64,000 nucleotides of DNA from Bdellovibrionales bacterium (GCA_947502835.1 CANNBJ010000002.1:397850-461849), one strand, 5' to 3'. Shown: positions 9,149 through 19,670, counted from the stretch's first letter. The notes: generated by a model not told the origin, from the sequence alone. A program made the numbers and translations.

Positions 9149-11635
9149 CTATTGCTTTAGTGAGGCGCTGTGGCTGCGGGAGCGGACTTTTGGTTGTGAG
9201 CGAAGAGTCGGCTTTTTGACTGTACGGGTTCGCATGACCAAAGGAATCACGTCTTCAAGTCTGGATACAAATCTGATGTCGAGACTCCGAAGCAACTCGA
9301 TCGGCAGATCATGAAGATCCCGTTTGTTCTCCTCGGGCAGGATCACCCGATCCACCCCGGACCTTCGGGCTGCGAGCAGCTTTTCGCGCACTCCTCCGAT
9401 CGGTAGAACCCGACCCGTGAGGGAAAGCTCGCCTGTCATTGCGGTCTTCGCTCTTCCAGGGATGCGGGTGAAGAGGGAATACACCGCGCACGCGAGCGTG
9501 ATTCCGGCACTGGGGCCGTCCTTCGGAATGGCGCCCGCAGGAATATGGATGTGCACATCCCGGTCCTTGAGAAGATTCGGGGAAATCACCATCTCCTCGA
9601 TCAGCTTCTTCTTGATGTAGGTCCAGGCGATTTGGGCGCTCTCGAGCATGACATCACCCATTTGTCCGGTGAGCCTCAGTTGGCCGCTCCCCGGGAGTTC
9701 GGCCGCTTCGATGTGGAGAATCTCTCCCCCCAGCGCGGTCCAGGCAAGACCTGTCATCACGCCCGGTGTTTTCACTTCGGTTGCAAGCTCCTGCGTGTAG
9801 CGTTTTGGTCCGAGGAGATCGAGAAGATCTTCCTCCCGGATCAAAACCGGAAGCTTCAGGCGCTCGCGCGATTCCTTGCGTTCGACGATTTTGGCTGCCG
9901 TCTTGCGCGCGACCCTGCCTAGGAGCTGCTCAAGGATCCTGAGGCCCGGTTCCCTCGCATAATCAAGGATCAAGCGTTTCATTGCATGGCGTTCGATCTT
10001 GAGGTCCGAGGATTGCAGGGCGGTTTCCTCGAGAACCTTGGGTAGAATGTGTTGTCTTGCGATCTGTTCCTTTTCCTCGAGTGTGTATCCTGCGAGTTCG
10101 ATCACTTCCATCCTGTCAAGCAAGGGGGCAGGGATGCTCTGGACCGAGTTTGCCGTTGCGATGAAAATCATCTGGGAGAGATCAAAAGGCAGATCAAGAT
10201 AGTGATCGAGGAAGGCGTGGTTCTGTTCCGGATCGAGAACCTCAAGAAGAGCACTCGCGGGATCGCCATGATAGTGGGAGGCGAGTTTGTCGATCTCGTC
10301 GAGGAGAATGACTGCGTTCTTGCTTCCTGCGCGTTTCGCAGCTTGGATGAATTTTCCCGGCATTGCTCCGATGTAAGTGCGCCTGTGGCCCTTGATTTCG
10401 GCTTCATCCCTCATGCCGCCCAAGGAAAACCGGTAGAAATTCCGGCCCATGGCAGTGGCAATCGATTTTCCAATGGAGGTTTTTCCCACACCCGGAGGGC
10501 CCACAAGCAGGATGATCGAGCCCTTTTTTGAGACAAGCTTCTTGGACGCATGGAGGCTTCGGACCGCGAGGAACTCGATGATCCGCTCCTTCACCTTGTC
10601 GAGTCCGCTGTGGTTGGAGTCGAGCACCTCTCGGGCATGGGAGAGATTCAGTTGATCTGTGGTGAGCGTGCTCCAGGGGAGGGAGCAGAGCATTTCGAGA
10701 TAGCCAAGGGAGATCGTGTATTCGGGTGATTGCTCACTCAGCGTTTCGAATTTGGAGAGTTCATCGAGCGCGGCTTTTTTCGCACCCTCGGGCATGCCGG
10801 CGGCTTCGATTCGCTCACGAAAGGATCGTGCGCTCTTGTCCTTGCCCTCTTCTTCCATTCCGAGCTCTTTCTTGATGAGCTTCAGTTGCTCCTTCAAGAA
10901 GAATTCCCGCTGAAGAGTTGAAATCTTCTGGTTCACCTCGTCGTTGATTTTCTTTTGCACGGTCGCAACATCATGCTCCCGTTTCAGGAACACCAACAGT
11001 TTCTCAAACCGTGTCTTGACGGGAAGGGTTTCCAGGAAGTCCTGGGAGTCGCTCTTTCCGAGACCCAGTGCAAAAGCCACAATGTCCGCGACCACTCCCG
11101 AGTGAGGTGCGTTGATGAGCGCAAGCTTCATTTCCTCGCTGAAAAACGGGTGTGTCTCCGAGAGGTCCTTTACGTGATTGATGATCGTGCGTGTGAGCGC
11201 ATCAAGTTCAAGGCTCTTTTCGGGTTGGATCTCATCGAAATACTCCGGATCCACGACAAGGTGGGGGTGCTCGGAGAGTGTCCTCCTGCTCCGGAAGCGT
11301 TTCAGGCCCTGGATCAGGATTTGGATGGATCCGTCCGGAAGTTTGATCCGTTTCAGGATTTTCACGGCAATCCCGAACGAATAGAGGTCCGCGGACCCTG
11401 TTTCGTCCGTGATGGACTCCCCCTTGGTCATCATGAGCCCTAAATGATTTTGCTTTCGGGCAATGATTTCCTCCACGGTCGCAATCGCCTTTGGATGCCA
11501 CACCACGAGAGGGAGAACGAGGGTCGGGTAGAGAACCGGACCCAGAATGGGGATCGTGAACAGATCCCGCGGAAGAATCTGGTCTGGAAGAATGATGCCC
11601 GGATTTGCCTGAAGGATCTCGCTTGCGTTGCTCAC
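9149..11635 (-). CDS. lon: ATP-dependent Lon protease
   Basis: LON N-domain, GPPGVGKTS, RRTYIGAMPG, LLDEIDK, PKDGPSAG and GGVREK. Confidence 0.97.
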   Translation of the reverse strand: MSNASEILQANPGIILPDQILPRDLFTIPILGPVLYPTLVLPLVVWHPKAIATVEEIIARKQNHLGLMMTKGESITDETGSADLYSFGIAVKILKRIKLPDGSIQILIQGLKRFRSRRTLSEHPHLVVDPEYFDEIQPEKSLELDALTRTIINHVKDLSETHPFFSEEMKLALINAPHSGVVADIVAFALGLGKSDSQDFLETLPVKTRFEKLLVFLKREHDVATVQKKINDEVNQKISTLQREFFLKEQLKLIKKELGMEEEGKDKSARSFRERIEAAGMPEGAKKAALDELSKFETLSEQSPEYTISLGYLEMLCSLPWSTLTTDQLNLSHAREVLDSNHSGLDKVKERIIEFLAVRSLHASKKLVSKKGSIILLVGPPGVGKTSIGKSIATAMGRNFYRFSLGGMRDEAEIKGHRRTYIGAMPGKFIQAAKRAGSKNAVILLDEIDKLASHYHGDPASALLEVLDPEQNHAFLDHYLDLPFDLSQMIFIATANSVQSIPAPLLDRMEVIELAGYTLEEKEQIARQHILPKVLEETALQSSDLKIERHAMKRLILDYAREPGLRILEQLLGRVARKTAAKIVERKESRERLKLPVLIREEDLLDLLGPKRYTQELATEVKTPGVMTGLAWTALGGEILHIEAAELPGSGQLRLTGQMGDVMLESAQIAWTYIKKKLIEEMVISPNLLKDRDVHIHIPAGAIPKDGPSAGITLACAVYSLFTRIPGRAKTAMTGELSLTGRVLPIGGVREKLLAARRSGVDRVILPEENKRDLHDLPIELLRSLDIRFVSRLEDVIPLVMRTRTVKKPTLRSQPKVRSRSHSASLKQ

Positions 11636-11666
11636 CTTGATGGTGATGGGCCCTAAATCGGGAAAA

Positions 11667-12167
11667 TCAAGGTTTCAGGTCAATAATGATTCGGGAGGGA
11701 TCGGTGAGCTCGAAAACCTCTGATTTTACACCTGTTTGGCATTCCATTGAGAACATCCAGCGATCCGCTTCCACCAGGGGAATGAATTCCATTTTCTTGA
11801 TGGTTTTGGTTTTTCGTGCGGACTGGATCGCGGTTTGGCTGGAGAAGTCGAGCTTGGCCTTTCCGTAGAGAGTCACTAAAACCCGATTGCTCGCCGGATC
11901 ATTTTGCACCATGAAAAACGGCGGGCGCTTGGAATCCGCCAAATCCATTACCACCCGATCGTAGCCTGCGGGATTGGCAGCGATCCTCACGCTGACCACT
12001 TTGAAATCGGATTGAGCCCGATCCCCTCCTGAAACAGAGCCCTCCGAAAGGTAGAGGTTTTTCTTGAGTTTCAGGGCTTGCCGAAAGGCGCCCTCGTCAA
12101 ACTGGGCATGGGCCGCTCGGGTGACAAGGAAGAGTGCGAGAAGGAGGATCAGGAATCGGATCGACAT
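11667..12167 (-). CDS. Periplasmic AMIN-like domain protein
   Basis: Signal peptide (AAHA); YDRVVMDL and terminal FELTDPSRIIIDL signature. Confidence 0.65.
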   Translation of the reverse strand: MSIRFLILLLALFLVTRAAHAQFDEGAFRQALKLKKNLYLSEGSVSGGDRAQSDFKVVSVRIAANPAGYDRVVMDLADSKRPPFFMVQNDPASNRVLVTLYGKAKLDFSSQTAIQSARKTKTIKKMEFIPLVEADRWMFSMECQTGVKSEVFELTDPSRIIIDLKP

Positions 12168-13825
12168 GTTGGCTTCAGTCTAATCCTGCGCCGAATTGAA
12201 TTCAACTGAAAGGCCGCAATCACGAAGAATGGCCAGAACCACCCGAGCAGGCGTCCGGCCAGGGAGGATGGGGTCGCGCGGGAAGAACGAACTTCCCCTG
12301 CCCGGGCGGCGGGCACTCCGCAGAACCCGAAATCCTCCCGGGCGCTTTTCGTACTCGAGTAGCGAACGGGATTCCCCGGAGGCGAGAAATATTCGGGGGG
12401 CGAGTCTTCCGGGAGACATCGCGGGTTGAGGGGAAAGGTCCCGTTCTGGAAGGAGACCACGAAGAATGCTTGGTCCTTCAGGGAAAGTGTTCGGAAGGGA
12501 AGGGGCGCATCGCTGGGAAAGAGCGGAGTTGCGCGAATCGTAATCCTCCCGAAAGCCGACCCCTCGATCCGGGTTTCTGCGATCTTGAACCCGGAATCCG
12601 AAGAGTACAGCGGGTACTTTGTCTGAACCTGAATTCGCCGGCCTTTTTCATCGAAAGCCTCAAGATTCACGCGAATGGGGGAGAGCAGGAGGTGCGTGAG
12701 GCCGGTTGCCGTGAATGGGCCGTTTGCAATGAAGGAATAGGCAACGGGCCTTGCGACGGATCCGGCATCGACAAAAAAGGGCGGTGCGATTTCATCGCCG
12801 GAGGTTCCTCCTGAGGCGGGGATGTTCCGGCAGTGAAGCGTGATGGATCCGGTATCGGAAAACCGGCGAGGTGTGACGGTGAACTCACGAAATGTGTGGG
12901 AGTCCGCTTCGGTGACGAATTGAATCGGGAAGGATCGGGTGCCGCAGAAGTCCTGATTCGCCGGAAGGTGAGCGGGACCGATGGAGTCCGGCGGGCCCGG
13001 GTACGGCTCAAGTGCGAGCCCCACGTCCCCGGGTTCGAGCGCTCCAAAGACAAAACGTCCGTTCCTGTCGGAGACGACACGCGCCAGAGGTAATCCGGTC
13101 TTTCGTGAAATCGCGATGATCTGCACCCCGGACACCGGATTCTTTGAGGGGTTCAGGACCACACCCGAAAGGGCTCCGGTGGGCGAAGTGCTTCCATAAA
13201 GATGGCGTGCTCCTGCAAGATCGTCGCAACCCAAGTGTGCTTGATCGAGGTATTCCACAAACAGCATGGAGGAGTTGAGGTCTCCGCTGTGTCCGAGGCC
13301 GATGGCATGACCAATTTCGTGGGAAAGAATGGCATCGAGATGAACCGCCGGGCGCAAAGCCCTGGGATTCGAGGATGAATCTGCGGGGTTTGAGGAGAAT
13401 GTGTAGTTGCGATCATTCAGGATGATGTCGGATTCCACAAGATCACCCGTTGCGCTGTTGAACCAGACCTGCGTGTATCCAATCACATTTGGATCAACGG
13501 AGCTTCTCGAGTTGCTCGCAAAGAATACGGAGCTGAGACCGTCGGAGGATGCCTCGGGCGGATAGATGGCGGGGTCGGTTCCCTGCCAGTAATCGAAGTC
13601 GAGAAATCCTCCGGTGGCCCCGCGCCACTGGTGCAAGCCTTGAATGACGCCCGACCTGAAGTTTCCGCTTGGAAAACCGTCTTGATTGTTCGGGTTCCCT
13701 GCGAGCATGAGCTTCTGCCCGTATCGAAGTCGGACCGGCTCACCCGAATCGGTCGACGTAATGGTATAGGCATGGGTTTGGAGTGCAAAGAAGGAAGCAG
13801 CAATGAGAATCCGGCCGTGGCTCAT
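12149..13825 (-). CDS. Matrixin (M10-like) zinc metalloprotease with carboxypeptidase-regulatory-like domain and C-terminal anchor
   Basis: Signal peptide, ESDIILN, HEIGHAIGLGHS plus Met-turn (SSM), LSGVVLNP...VSDRNGRF, C-terminal hydrophobic segment then RRR. Confidence 0.85.
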   Translation of the reverse strand: MSHGRILIAASFFALQTHAYTITSTDSGEPVRLRYGQKLMLAGNPNNQDGFPSGNFRSGVIQGLHQWRGATGGFLDFDYWQGTDPAIYPPEASSDGLSSVFFASNSRSSVDPNVIGYTQVWFNSATGDLVESDIILNDRNYTFSSNPADSSSNPRALRPAVHLDAILSHEIGHAIGLGHSGDLNSSMLFVEYLDQAHLGCDDLAGARHLYGSTSPTGALSGVVLNPSKNPVSGVQIIAISRKTGLPLARVVSDRNGRFVFGALEPGDVGLALEPYPGPPDSIGPAHLPANQDFCGTRSFPIQFVTEADSHTFREFTVTPRRFSDTGSITLHCRNIPASGGTSGDEIAPPFFVDAGSVARPVAYSFIANGPFTATGLTHLLLSPIRVNLEAFDEKGRRIQVQTKYPLYSSDSGFKIAETRIEGSAFGRITIRATPLFPSDAPLPFRTLSLKDQAFFVVSFQNGTFPLNPRCLPEDSPPEYFSPPGNPVRYSSTKSAREDFGFCGVPAARAGEVRSSRATPSSLAGRLLGWFWPFFVIAAFQLNSIRRRIRLKPTCRSDS

Positions 13826-13899
13826 CCTTGAGTCGCTTTCGGGGTGAATGGCGGGAATCGAACTCTTGATTCCGCCTCTTGAAAAACAGGATATCCCGT

Positions 13900-14688
13900 T
13901 TACTTGCGCCTGAGGTAGAAGAAAATCGCGAGCAAGGCGCCCCCGAAAAGGAAGAGAATCCCGGCAATTTTTGCCGGATCGGAGGACCCTGCGGGCGAGT
14001 CATTCCGGACCTCATCGTGAAGGGAGGGGGTGGCACCGGGTGCGGGAGATTCATCGAGTTTCGCGGATGATTCCGCTCTGACCGGGGGGCGCTGGTCCTT
14101 CGGGCCGGAAGAGGCATTGGCGGGTGGTGGTGACGCTTCCTTCTGGATTGCGATCAGTTCTTTCAATTGTTTCAGGGTCCACACCCGTTTGTTTTCCGCA
14201 ACACCGGGGCCGATTGCTTCGCGGGCCTCGGGACCGTTGGAGAAGGTGAACAGGCCTCCGGTAAGTTCCGTTTCCCCGGATTTATCGGAAAGTCCGAACT
14301 TGCCGAGTTCAAGACCAGTCACCTCGTAGGAGTGATCCTCGTTTTCAGGGCCAAGAAAAAAAACAGACACCTCCCCGTCCTGGAACTCAGGCGAGCCCGG
14401 GATGTGAAGTGTGGTGCCATCCTTGGTGCCGCCGAGCTTTCGAACCTGAATCGAGGACCCCGTGATTCTGCCCTTCAAGACCTCAAGCACCTCGATTTCA
14501 GCATAGGTGTGAACATTTCTCTCTCCGCTCGAGGTGATTCCGAATTCAGAATGGGGTTGATGGAGTCGCCCGCGGACGATGTTTTGCGAATCCCGGGTGA
14601 ATTCCTCGAACGGCCGGATGTAAAAACTCGTTGCCAGCGAGTCACCTGCCAGGAGGGTGCACATCAAGAAAAGGAAGTGCAAGTTCAT
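13900..14688 (-). CDS. Secreted hypothetical protein with C-terminal TM anchor (matrixin partner)
   Basis: Signal peptide, IVRG...EVLKG...LGG...PEFQDGE, Pro/Ser linker, TM segment then LRRK. Confidence 0.7.
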   Translation of the reverse strand: MNLHFLFLMCTLLAGDSLATSFYIRPFEEFTRDSQNIVRGRLHQPHSEFGITSSGERNVHTYAEIEVLEVLKGRITGSSIQVRKLGGTKDGTTLHIPGSPEFQDGEVSVFFLGPENEDHSYEVTGLELGKFGLSDKSGETELTGGLFTFSNGPEAREAIGPGVAENKRVWTLKQLKELIAIQKEASPPPANASSGPKDQRPPVRAESSAKLDESPAPGATPSLHDEVRNDSPAGSSDPAKIAGILFLFGGALLAIFFYLRRK

Positions 14689-14717
14689 GCCAACTATCGT
14701 ATCAATGTTTGCGATTC

Positions 14718-16502
14718 ATGGCACTTCTTCAAAGATCCGTAGTCGAAAAAACAAAGTCGAGCGTCATCTATTTGGTGCTGTTCATTGCGCTTGTTTTCGC
14801 GGTCATCGGGATCTACCGGGGTGGGGTTCACCTTTCCGGGCTTCGCGCCGAGACGGTCGATCTCCCCGATCTTCCGGGCGCCATCCTGCTCTCGACGATG
14901 CGCATGGCGATCGCATATTGCTCCTCCCTCGTGTTTGCATTCATCTTCGGCCTTCTTGCCGCACGAACCGCAACCGGTGAGCGGTTCATTCTTCCGGTTC
15001 TCGACGTTCTTCAGTCTGTGCCCGTGGTGGGTTTCTTCCCCGCAGCCATCACCTTTTTCATCGGGATCACCCAAGGCCATCGGATCGGGGTCGAGCTCTC
15101 GGCAATCTTCCTGATTTTCACGTCCCAGGCATGGAACATCGGATTTGCGGTGTACGAGTCAGTCAAGGCCATTCCCGTTGAGAACGAGGAAGCGGTCATG
15201 AGCATGGGGCTTCCCCAAAGTCAGCGTTTTTTCAAACTCTACCTCCCCGCCTCGATCCCGAGGGTGATCTACAACTCAATCCTTTCTTGGTCAAACGGGT
15301 GGTTCTTCCTGGTTGCATGCGAGATCATTGCAATCGGTCCGGTCAAGTACAACTTGCCCGGCATTGGAAGTTTCCTTGCCCGTGCCGCCGAGGAGGAGAG
15401 GCTTGAATTGGTCCTCTGGGGTTTGTTTGCACTCATTTGCGTGATCCTGGTTCTTGATACGTTCATCTGGAAGCCGCTCACCATCTGGTCCGCCCGCTTC
15501 AAGCAGGATGCGACCGCAAATCAGGACGAGGAAGATGTGGGAATCTTTCTTGATCTTCCAAAGACCATCGCATCGAGATTGTCGTTTTTCACAGAGCCGC
15601 TGTTGAGGATGTTGATCGCGCTGACTTTGCCGGTGCGCTGGTTTCTTGTGGAGGTGATTTTCCCGCTCTTCTGGGATCTGCCGGTTGCCCTTTTGTCGAA
15701 GCTCGTGAAGGGGGTCAGTCGTCCCATCGAACCCGTTCTCGAGGGGACGAGGAAAATGCGCGTCGCCATCGGATACTTTGCTCTCGGGTTTTTGGTGGTC
15801 TTGGGCGCATTTTATGTATGGAATTGGTTCCAGGGACCCCTTCCTGTTGTGCTCCGGGATCTGCCGATGAGCATTCTTTATTCCACACTCCGGATCCTCA
15901 CAGCACTCTTGATCTCCTTTGCCTGGGTGCTTCCCCTCGTGTATCTCACCTGGAATCGACCAAAGCTCAGGCATGCCCTGACCACGGTGGCCCAGCTTGG
16001 AGCCTCCATTCCTGCGACTGCTCTGTTTCCTTTGATTGTTCTGGTCGGAGTGCGAAAGCTCGGGGGTGGAATGGAGTTCGGAACCCTGGTTCTGCTCACC
16101 TTTGGAATCCAGTGGTACGTTCTTTTCAACGCAATCGGTGGAGCCGCTGCCATTCCCTCGGATCTGGTCGATGCTGCTAAATCATATGGATTGAGTCCGT
16201 TCGCAACGTTTCGTACTTTGGTGTTTCCCGCAATCCGCCCGGCCTTGATCACGGGCGCCATCACGGCATGGGGTGGTGGATGGAACGCTCTCGTGGTATC
16301 AGAATACATCACGGTGAAGAGTGAAGTCGTCAGGGTCAAAGGCCTTGGAGCGCTGCTCAGTTACTCCGTGTATGAATTGGGAGACGGTCGATCCATCAGC
16401 TTGTGCATTGTTGTGATGGTCGCCTGGATTTTATTTGTGAACCTGTTGATCTGGCAGCCTCTTTACCAAGAAAACCTTGAAAAGTTCAGGTTCTCCTCAT
16501 GA
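14718..16502 (+). CDS. NitT/TauT-family ABC transporter permease (duplicated domain)
   Basis: STMRM...LDVLQSVPVVGF, FTSQAWN and GGGWNAL motifs; two EAA-like loops; start position uncertain. Confidence 0.88.
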   Translation: MALLQRSVVEKTKSSVIYLVLFIALVFAVIGIYRGGVHLSGLRAETVDLPDLPGAILLSTMRMAIAYCSSLVFAFIFGLLAARTATGERFILPVLDVLQSVPVVGFFPAAITFFIGITQGHRIGVELSAIFLIFTSQAWNIGFAVYESVKAIPVENEEAVMSMGLPQSQRFFKLYLPASIPRVIYNSILSWSNGWFFLVACEIIAIGPVKYNLPGIGSFLARAAEEERLELVLWGLFALICVILVLDTFIWKPLTIWSARFKQDATANQDEEDVGIFLDLPKTIASRLSFFTEPLLRMLIALTLPVRWFLVEVIFPLFWDLPVALLSKLVKGVSRPIEPVLEGTRKMRVAIGYFALGFLVVLGAFYVWNWFQGPLPVVLRDLPMSILYSTLRILTALLISFAWVLPLVYLTWNRPKLRHALTTVAQLGASIPATALFPLIVLVGVRKLGGGMEFGTLVLLTFGIQWYVLFNAIGGAAAIPSDLVDAAKSYGLSPFATFRTLVFPAIRPALITGAITAWGGGWNALVVSEYITVKSEVVRVKGLGALLSYSVYELGDGRSISLCIVVMVAWILFVNLLIWQPLYQENLEKFRFSS

Positions 16503-17263
16503 TTCAGGAAGCGCATACCCTGATCGAGCTTCAGCATGTGACCCGAAGGTTCATGCTCCCCCAAGGGGAGGTGACCGTCATCGAGAATATTTCCTTCAAG
16601 GCATTGGAGGGTGAGTTCATCACGATCGTGGGTCCCTCGGGCGCGGGCAAGAGCACTCTGCTTCGGATGATGAATGGGCTGCTTCCTCCGTCCGAAGGGG
16701 CGGTCTTGTACAATGGGCGGGAGCAGAAGGGCATCAATCTCGATACGGCCATGGTATTTCAGAATTTCGGACTCCTCCCTTGGCTCACGGTTTCCCAGAA
16801 CATCGAGCTGGGCCTTGAGGCTCGCTCCAAAGACGTCGTGTACCGGCGATCCCAGGTAAACCGGTACATCACCAAAGTGGGTCTTGAGGGCTATGAGGAA
16901 GCTTACCCCCGTGAGCTTTCCGGCGGCATGAAACAAAGGGTAGGGCTTGCGCGCGCGCTGGCGATCGAGCCATCGCTCTTGTTGATGGATGAGCCCTTTT
17001 CTTCGCTTGATGTGCTTACTTCCATCAACTTGCGGAACGAACTTTTGGACATTTGGAGTGATCGTGAAAACGTGGTGAACACCATGATCATGGTCACCCA
17101 CAACATTGAAGAGGCGATTGAGCTTTCGGATCGGATTTTGATCCTCTCGAATCGTCCAGGAAAGATTGCAGGCGAGCTGAAGATCGACCTTCCGCGCCCG
17201 AGACGAAAGCGGGATCCGCTTTTCTCGGAGTATGTGGATCGGGTCTTCTCGTTGCTTGCTTAG
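16499..17263 (+). CDS. NitT/TauT-family ABC ATP-binding protein
   Basis: GPSGAGKS, YPRELSGGMKQR, LMDEPF and VTHN motifs. Confidence 0.93.
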   Translation: MIQEAHTLIELQHVTRRFMLPQGEVTVIENISFKALEGEFITIVGPSGAGKSTLLRMMNGLLPPSEGAVLYNGREQKGINLDTAMVFQNFGLLPWLTVSQNIELGLEARSKDVVYRRSQVNRYITKVGLEGYEEAYPRELSGGMKQRVGLARALAIEPSLLLMDEPFSSLDVLTSINLRNELLDIWSDRENVVNTMIMVTHNIEEAIELSDRILILSNRPGKIAGELKIDLPRPRRKRDPLFSEYVDRVFSLLA

Positions 17264-17272
17264 GGAGAATTT

Positions 17273-17761
17273 ATGAAACACGCAGCATTACCTGAAATTG
17301 GAATCAGCCAGATCCTTGGACTGGTGGAGCTTTTGGTCGGAAAAGGCGGGCGAGAAGACATCTACAAGCTTGCAGGGGAGCTTTCAATGGAGCTCGGAGA
17401 AACCCTTACAGTGATCAAGGCAGCCGAAATGCTCGGGCTTGTTCACACCCCGGGCGGAGATGTCGTGGTGGAGGACTTTGGAAACAAAGTCGTCGACGCA
17501 TCCATCACGGACAGAAAAGACCTGATCCGCGAGAAGCTCGAGCACTTTCCCTTGTTCAAGGTGATCCGGGATTATCTTTCGAGCCAAGAGGAAACCGAAG
17601 TCACCCGCGAGGAAATGCTTGAGAAGCTCGCCGAACTCATCCCGAATGAGGATGCAGAAGCCTCCTTTAGCTCTATTGTGAACTGGGGCCGCTATTCCGA
17701 GCTTTTTGGCTACAATGATGACTCACAGACTTTTTATCTGGGTGAGAGCCGGGCGGAGTGA
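17273..17761 (+). CDS. Stand-alone AAA-associated C-terminal domain protein (AAA_assoc_C-like)
   Basis: LPEIGISQILGLVE...GREDIYKLA...VNWGRYSELFGY; own GGAG SD. Confidence 0.75.
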   Translation: MKHAALPEIGISQILGLVELLVGKGGREDIYKLAGELSMELGETLTVIKAAEMLGLVHTPGGDVVVEDFGNKVVDASITDRKDLIREKLEHFPLFKVIRDYLSSQEETEVTREEMLEKLAELIPNEDAEASFSSIVNWGRYSELFGYNDDSQTFYLGESRAE

Positions 17762-17891
17762 GATCCTCCCGCTCCCCCGTGAAGCGCCGAAATCGTTTTC
17801 ATTGATTCTTCCCTGACATTCTCCTGATTTGCCCTCGTGAACCGGGCGGGATACGGTGCGATCGCCCGTTGGACGGACGGTTTCGGGAGGT

Positions 17892-18455
17892 ATGATGTTT
17901 TGTTTGCGGACTTTGGTTTCAGTTTCTTTGTTCCTTTTGGTTTCAGCAAAGGGAGTTTCTGCCGCCTCTGCGGCGCCATTGGTGCAGGTGCTTCACCACG
18001 CGATGGAATTGTCATCTCTTCAAGATCCATTTGAAGAAATCTGTCGGCTTGCGGGGAGCGGAGTGACTTGCGCATACAAGGCGTTCATGGTGGAGGAGGG
18101 GCGCATTCGCGATCGCGTTGCGATTATGGAAAATATTGAGCAGAACCGCGTTGTCGGTTGGCTCAGGTTTTCTAAGCGCGGAGCTTCGAGAGCTGCGGTG
18201 GAGAACGATATGTCGACACTCTTTGGGAAGTTTTCAGAAGCGCCGGGTCTCAGTGGAGAGAGGTTCGATGATTTGAAGAGTCAAATGATCCTGTCCTTGC
18301 GTGCATTGCAAAAGAAGAGTCACAGCCGGTTTCGCGGTATTTTTTGGTCCGGAGTTGAAAACGGGAACGCGCTTCTGGTGTTTCTCCCGAATGAAAAATT
18401 TGGTGTGACTGAGGTCGGATTGCTGATCTTTGGCAACGTGTTTGAGTCCATGTAA
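17892..18455 (+). CDS. Hypothetical secreted protein
   Basis: GGAGG just upstream of ATGATG; signal-peptide-like N-terminus. Confidence 0.55.
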   Translation: MMFCLRTLVSVSLFLLVSAKGVSAASAAPLVQVLHHAMELSSLQDPFEEICRLAGSGVTCAYKAFMVEEGRIRDRVAIMENIEQNRVVGWLRFSKRGASRAAVENDMSTLFGKFSEAPGLSGERFDDLKSQMILSLRALQKKSHSRFRGIFWSGVENGNALLVFLPNEKFGVTEVGLLIFGNVFESM

Positions 18456-18496
18456 TGCTCTCCGGGGCTTGAAAACAGAGACCAGGCATTGACCAC

Positions 18497-19666
18497 TCAC
18501 GCCCCCGACTTCAAAATCAAATGAGTAATCTCACTTCTCTTTCCAAGGCGATTCGGGGGGCCCCAAAATCCCGTTCCCCGATTCACATACAGTTGTGTTT
18601 GATCGTTCACCCGGTATAACCCCTCCGAGTACTTCAGAACCGTCTTTACGATGAAGGAATAAGGATAAAACTGCCCCGCATGCGTATGTCCTGAAACCTG
18701 AAGGTCATAGCCTGCCTCGGCTGCCTCCTTGATGCTGAAGGGGTTGTGGGCCAGCAGAATCTTGCAGGTGGCGTTGATTTCATTTTTGCAGGCAGCAAAA
18801 GGGTCACTTCGGTGCGATTCCTCATAACGATGTGCGGAATGGTCGAAGACTCCTGCCAGCAGGAGGTGTTCGTCTCCTGCGTCACTCTTCCGGGTCAGGA
18901 TATGATTCGAGTTCTTGAAGACATGGACGCCGATGCTCTCCAGATGTCGGACCCATTCGTGCACACCCGAGTAATACTCGTGGTTACCCGTGCAGAAATA
19001 GACCCCGCTTGGAGCCTTGAGGCGGCTCAAGGGTTCGATTTCGCTTCTCAGTTGCTCAACTGTGCCGTCCACAAGATCACCCGTGATGAAGATTGCGTCC
19101 GCTTCAAGGGACATCACGCGCTCCACCACGTTCTCAAGGTAATCGCGATGAATGAGTGGGCCGATATGAACATCAGAGATTTGCGCGATTTTAAATCCGT
19201 CAAAAGACTTTGGCAGAGTCCGAAGCTTGATTTCAACCCGTTCAATCAGGGGGCCGGCATTCGCCTCGAACATTCCAAGAACCGACGCAGCGGTCGATCC
19301 GGCAATCAACCCGCGGGGGATGCCTGTGGTCATGAAGATCCGCTTTGCCGGATCAAAAGGCTTGGAAAAGAGCCGAAGGATCTCGACAAACAGGAACACC
19401 AGGAAAACGGTGCCAATCCAGCCGAGCAAAGTGAACTGCGTCCATTGCAAAAAATAATCACCGAGTGAAGTCGCGGGAGTGTTGAGGACCCGATTTGAAA
19501 CGGGCCCTGCAATCATGAGGAGTCCGGAGATCCAGAAGAACGCCGCCATGATCCGGTTTCCCTGCGGCGAAAGTCCAAGGTTCCGTTTCAAGATTCGATA
19601 GGTCAGCCAACACACCAGGAAGGTGACGGTGCTGAAGAAGAGCGCGAAGCGAAGGAGCATGCTCAT
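18497..19666 (-). CDS. Membrane metallophosphoesterase (YkuE-like)
   Basis: N-terminal TM segments; ISDVH, TGDLVD, GNHE and SGHTHAGQ motifs. Confidence 0.92.
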   Translation of the reverse strand: MSMLLRFALFFSTVTFLVCWLTYRILKRNLGLSPQGNRIMAAFFWISGLLMIAGPVSNRVLNTPATSLGDYFLQWTQFTLLGWIGTVFLVFLFVEILRLFSKPFDPAKRIFMTTGIPRGLIAGSTAASVLGMFEANAGPLIERVEIKLRTLPKSFDGFKIAQISDVHIGPLIHRDYLENVVERVMSLEADAIFITGDLVDGTVEQLRSEIEPLSRLKAPSGVYFCTGNHEYYSGVHEWVRHLESIGVHVFKNSNHILTRKSDAGDEHLLLAGVFDHSAHRYEESHRSDPFAACKNEINATCKILLAHNPFSIKEAAEAGYDLQVSGHTHAGQFYPYSFIVKTVLKYSEGLYRVNDQTQLYVNRGTGFWGPPNRLGKRSEITHLILKSGA

Positions 19667-19670
19667 GGGC

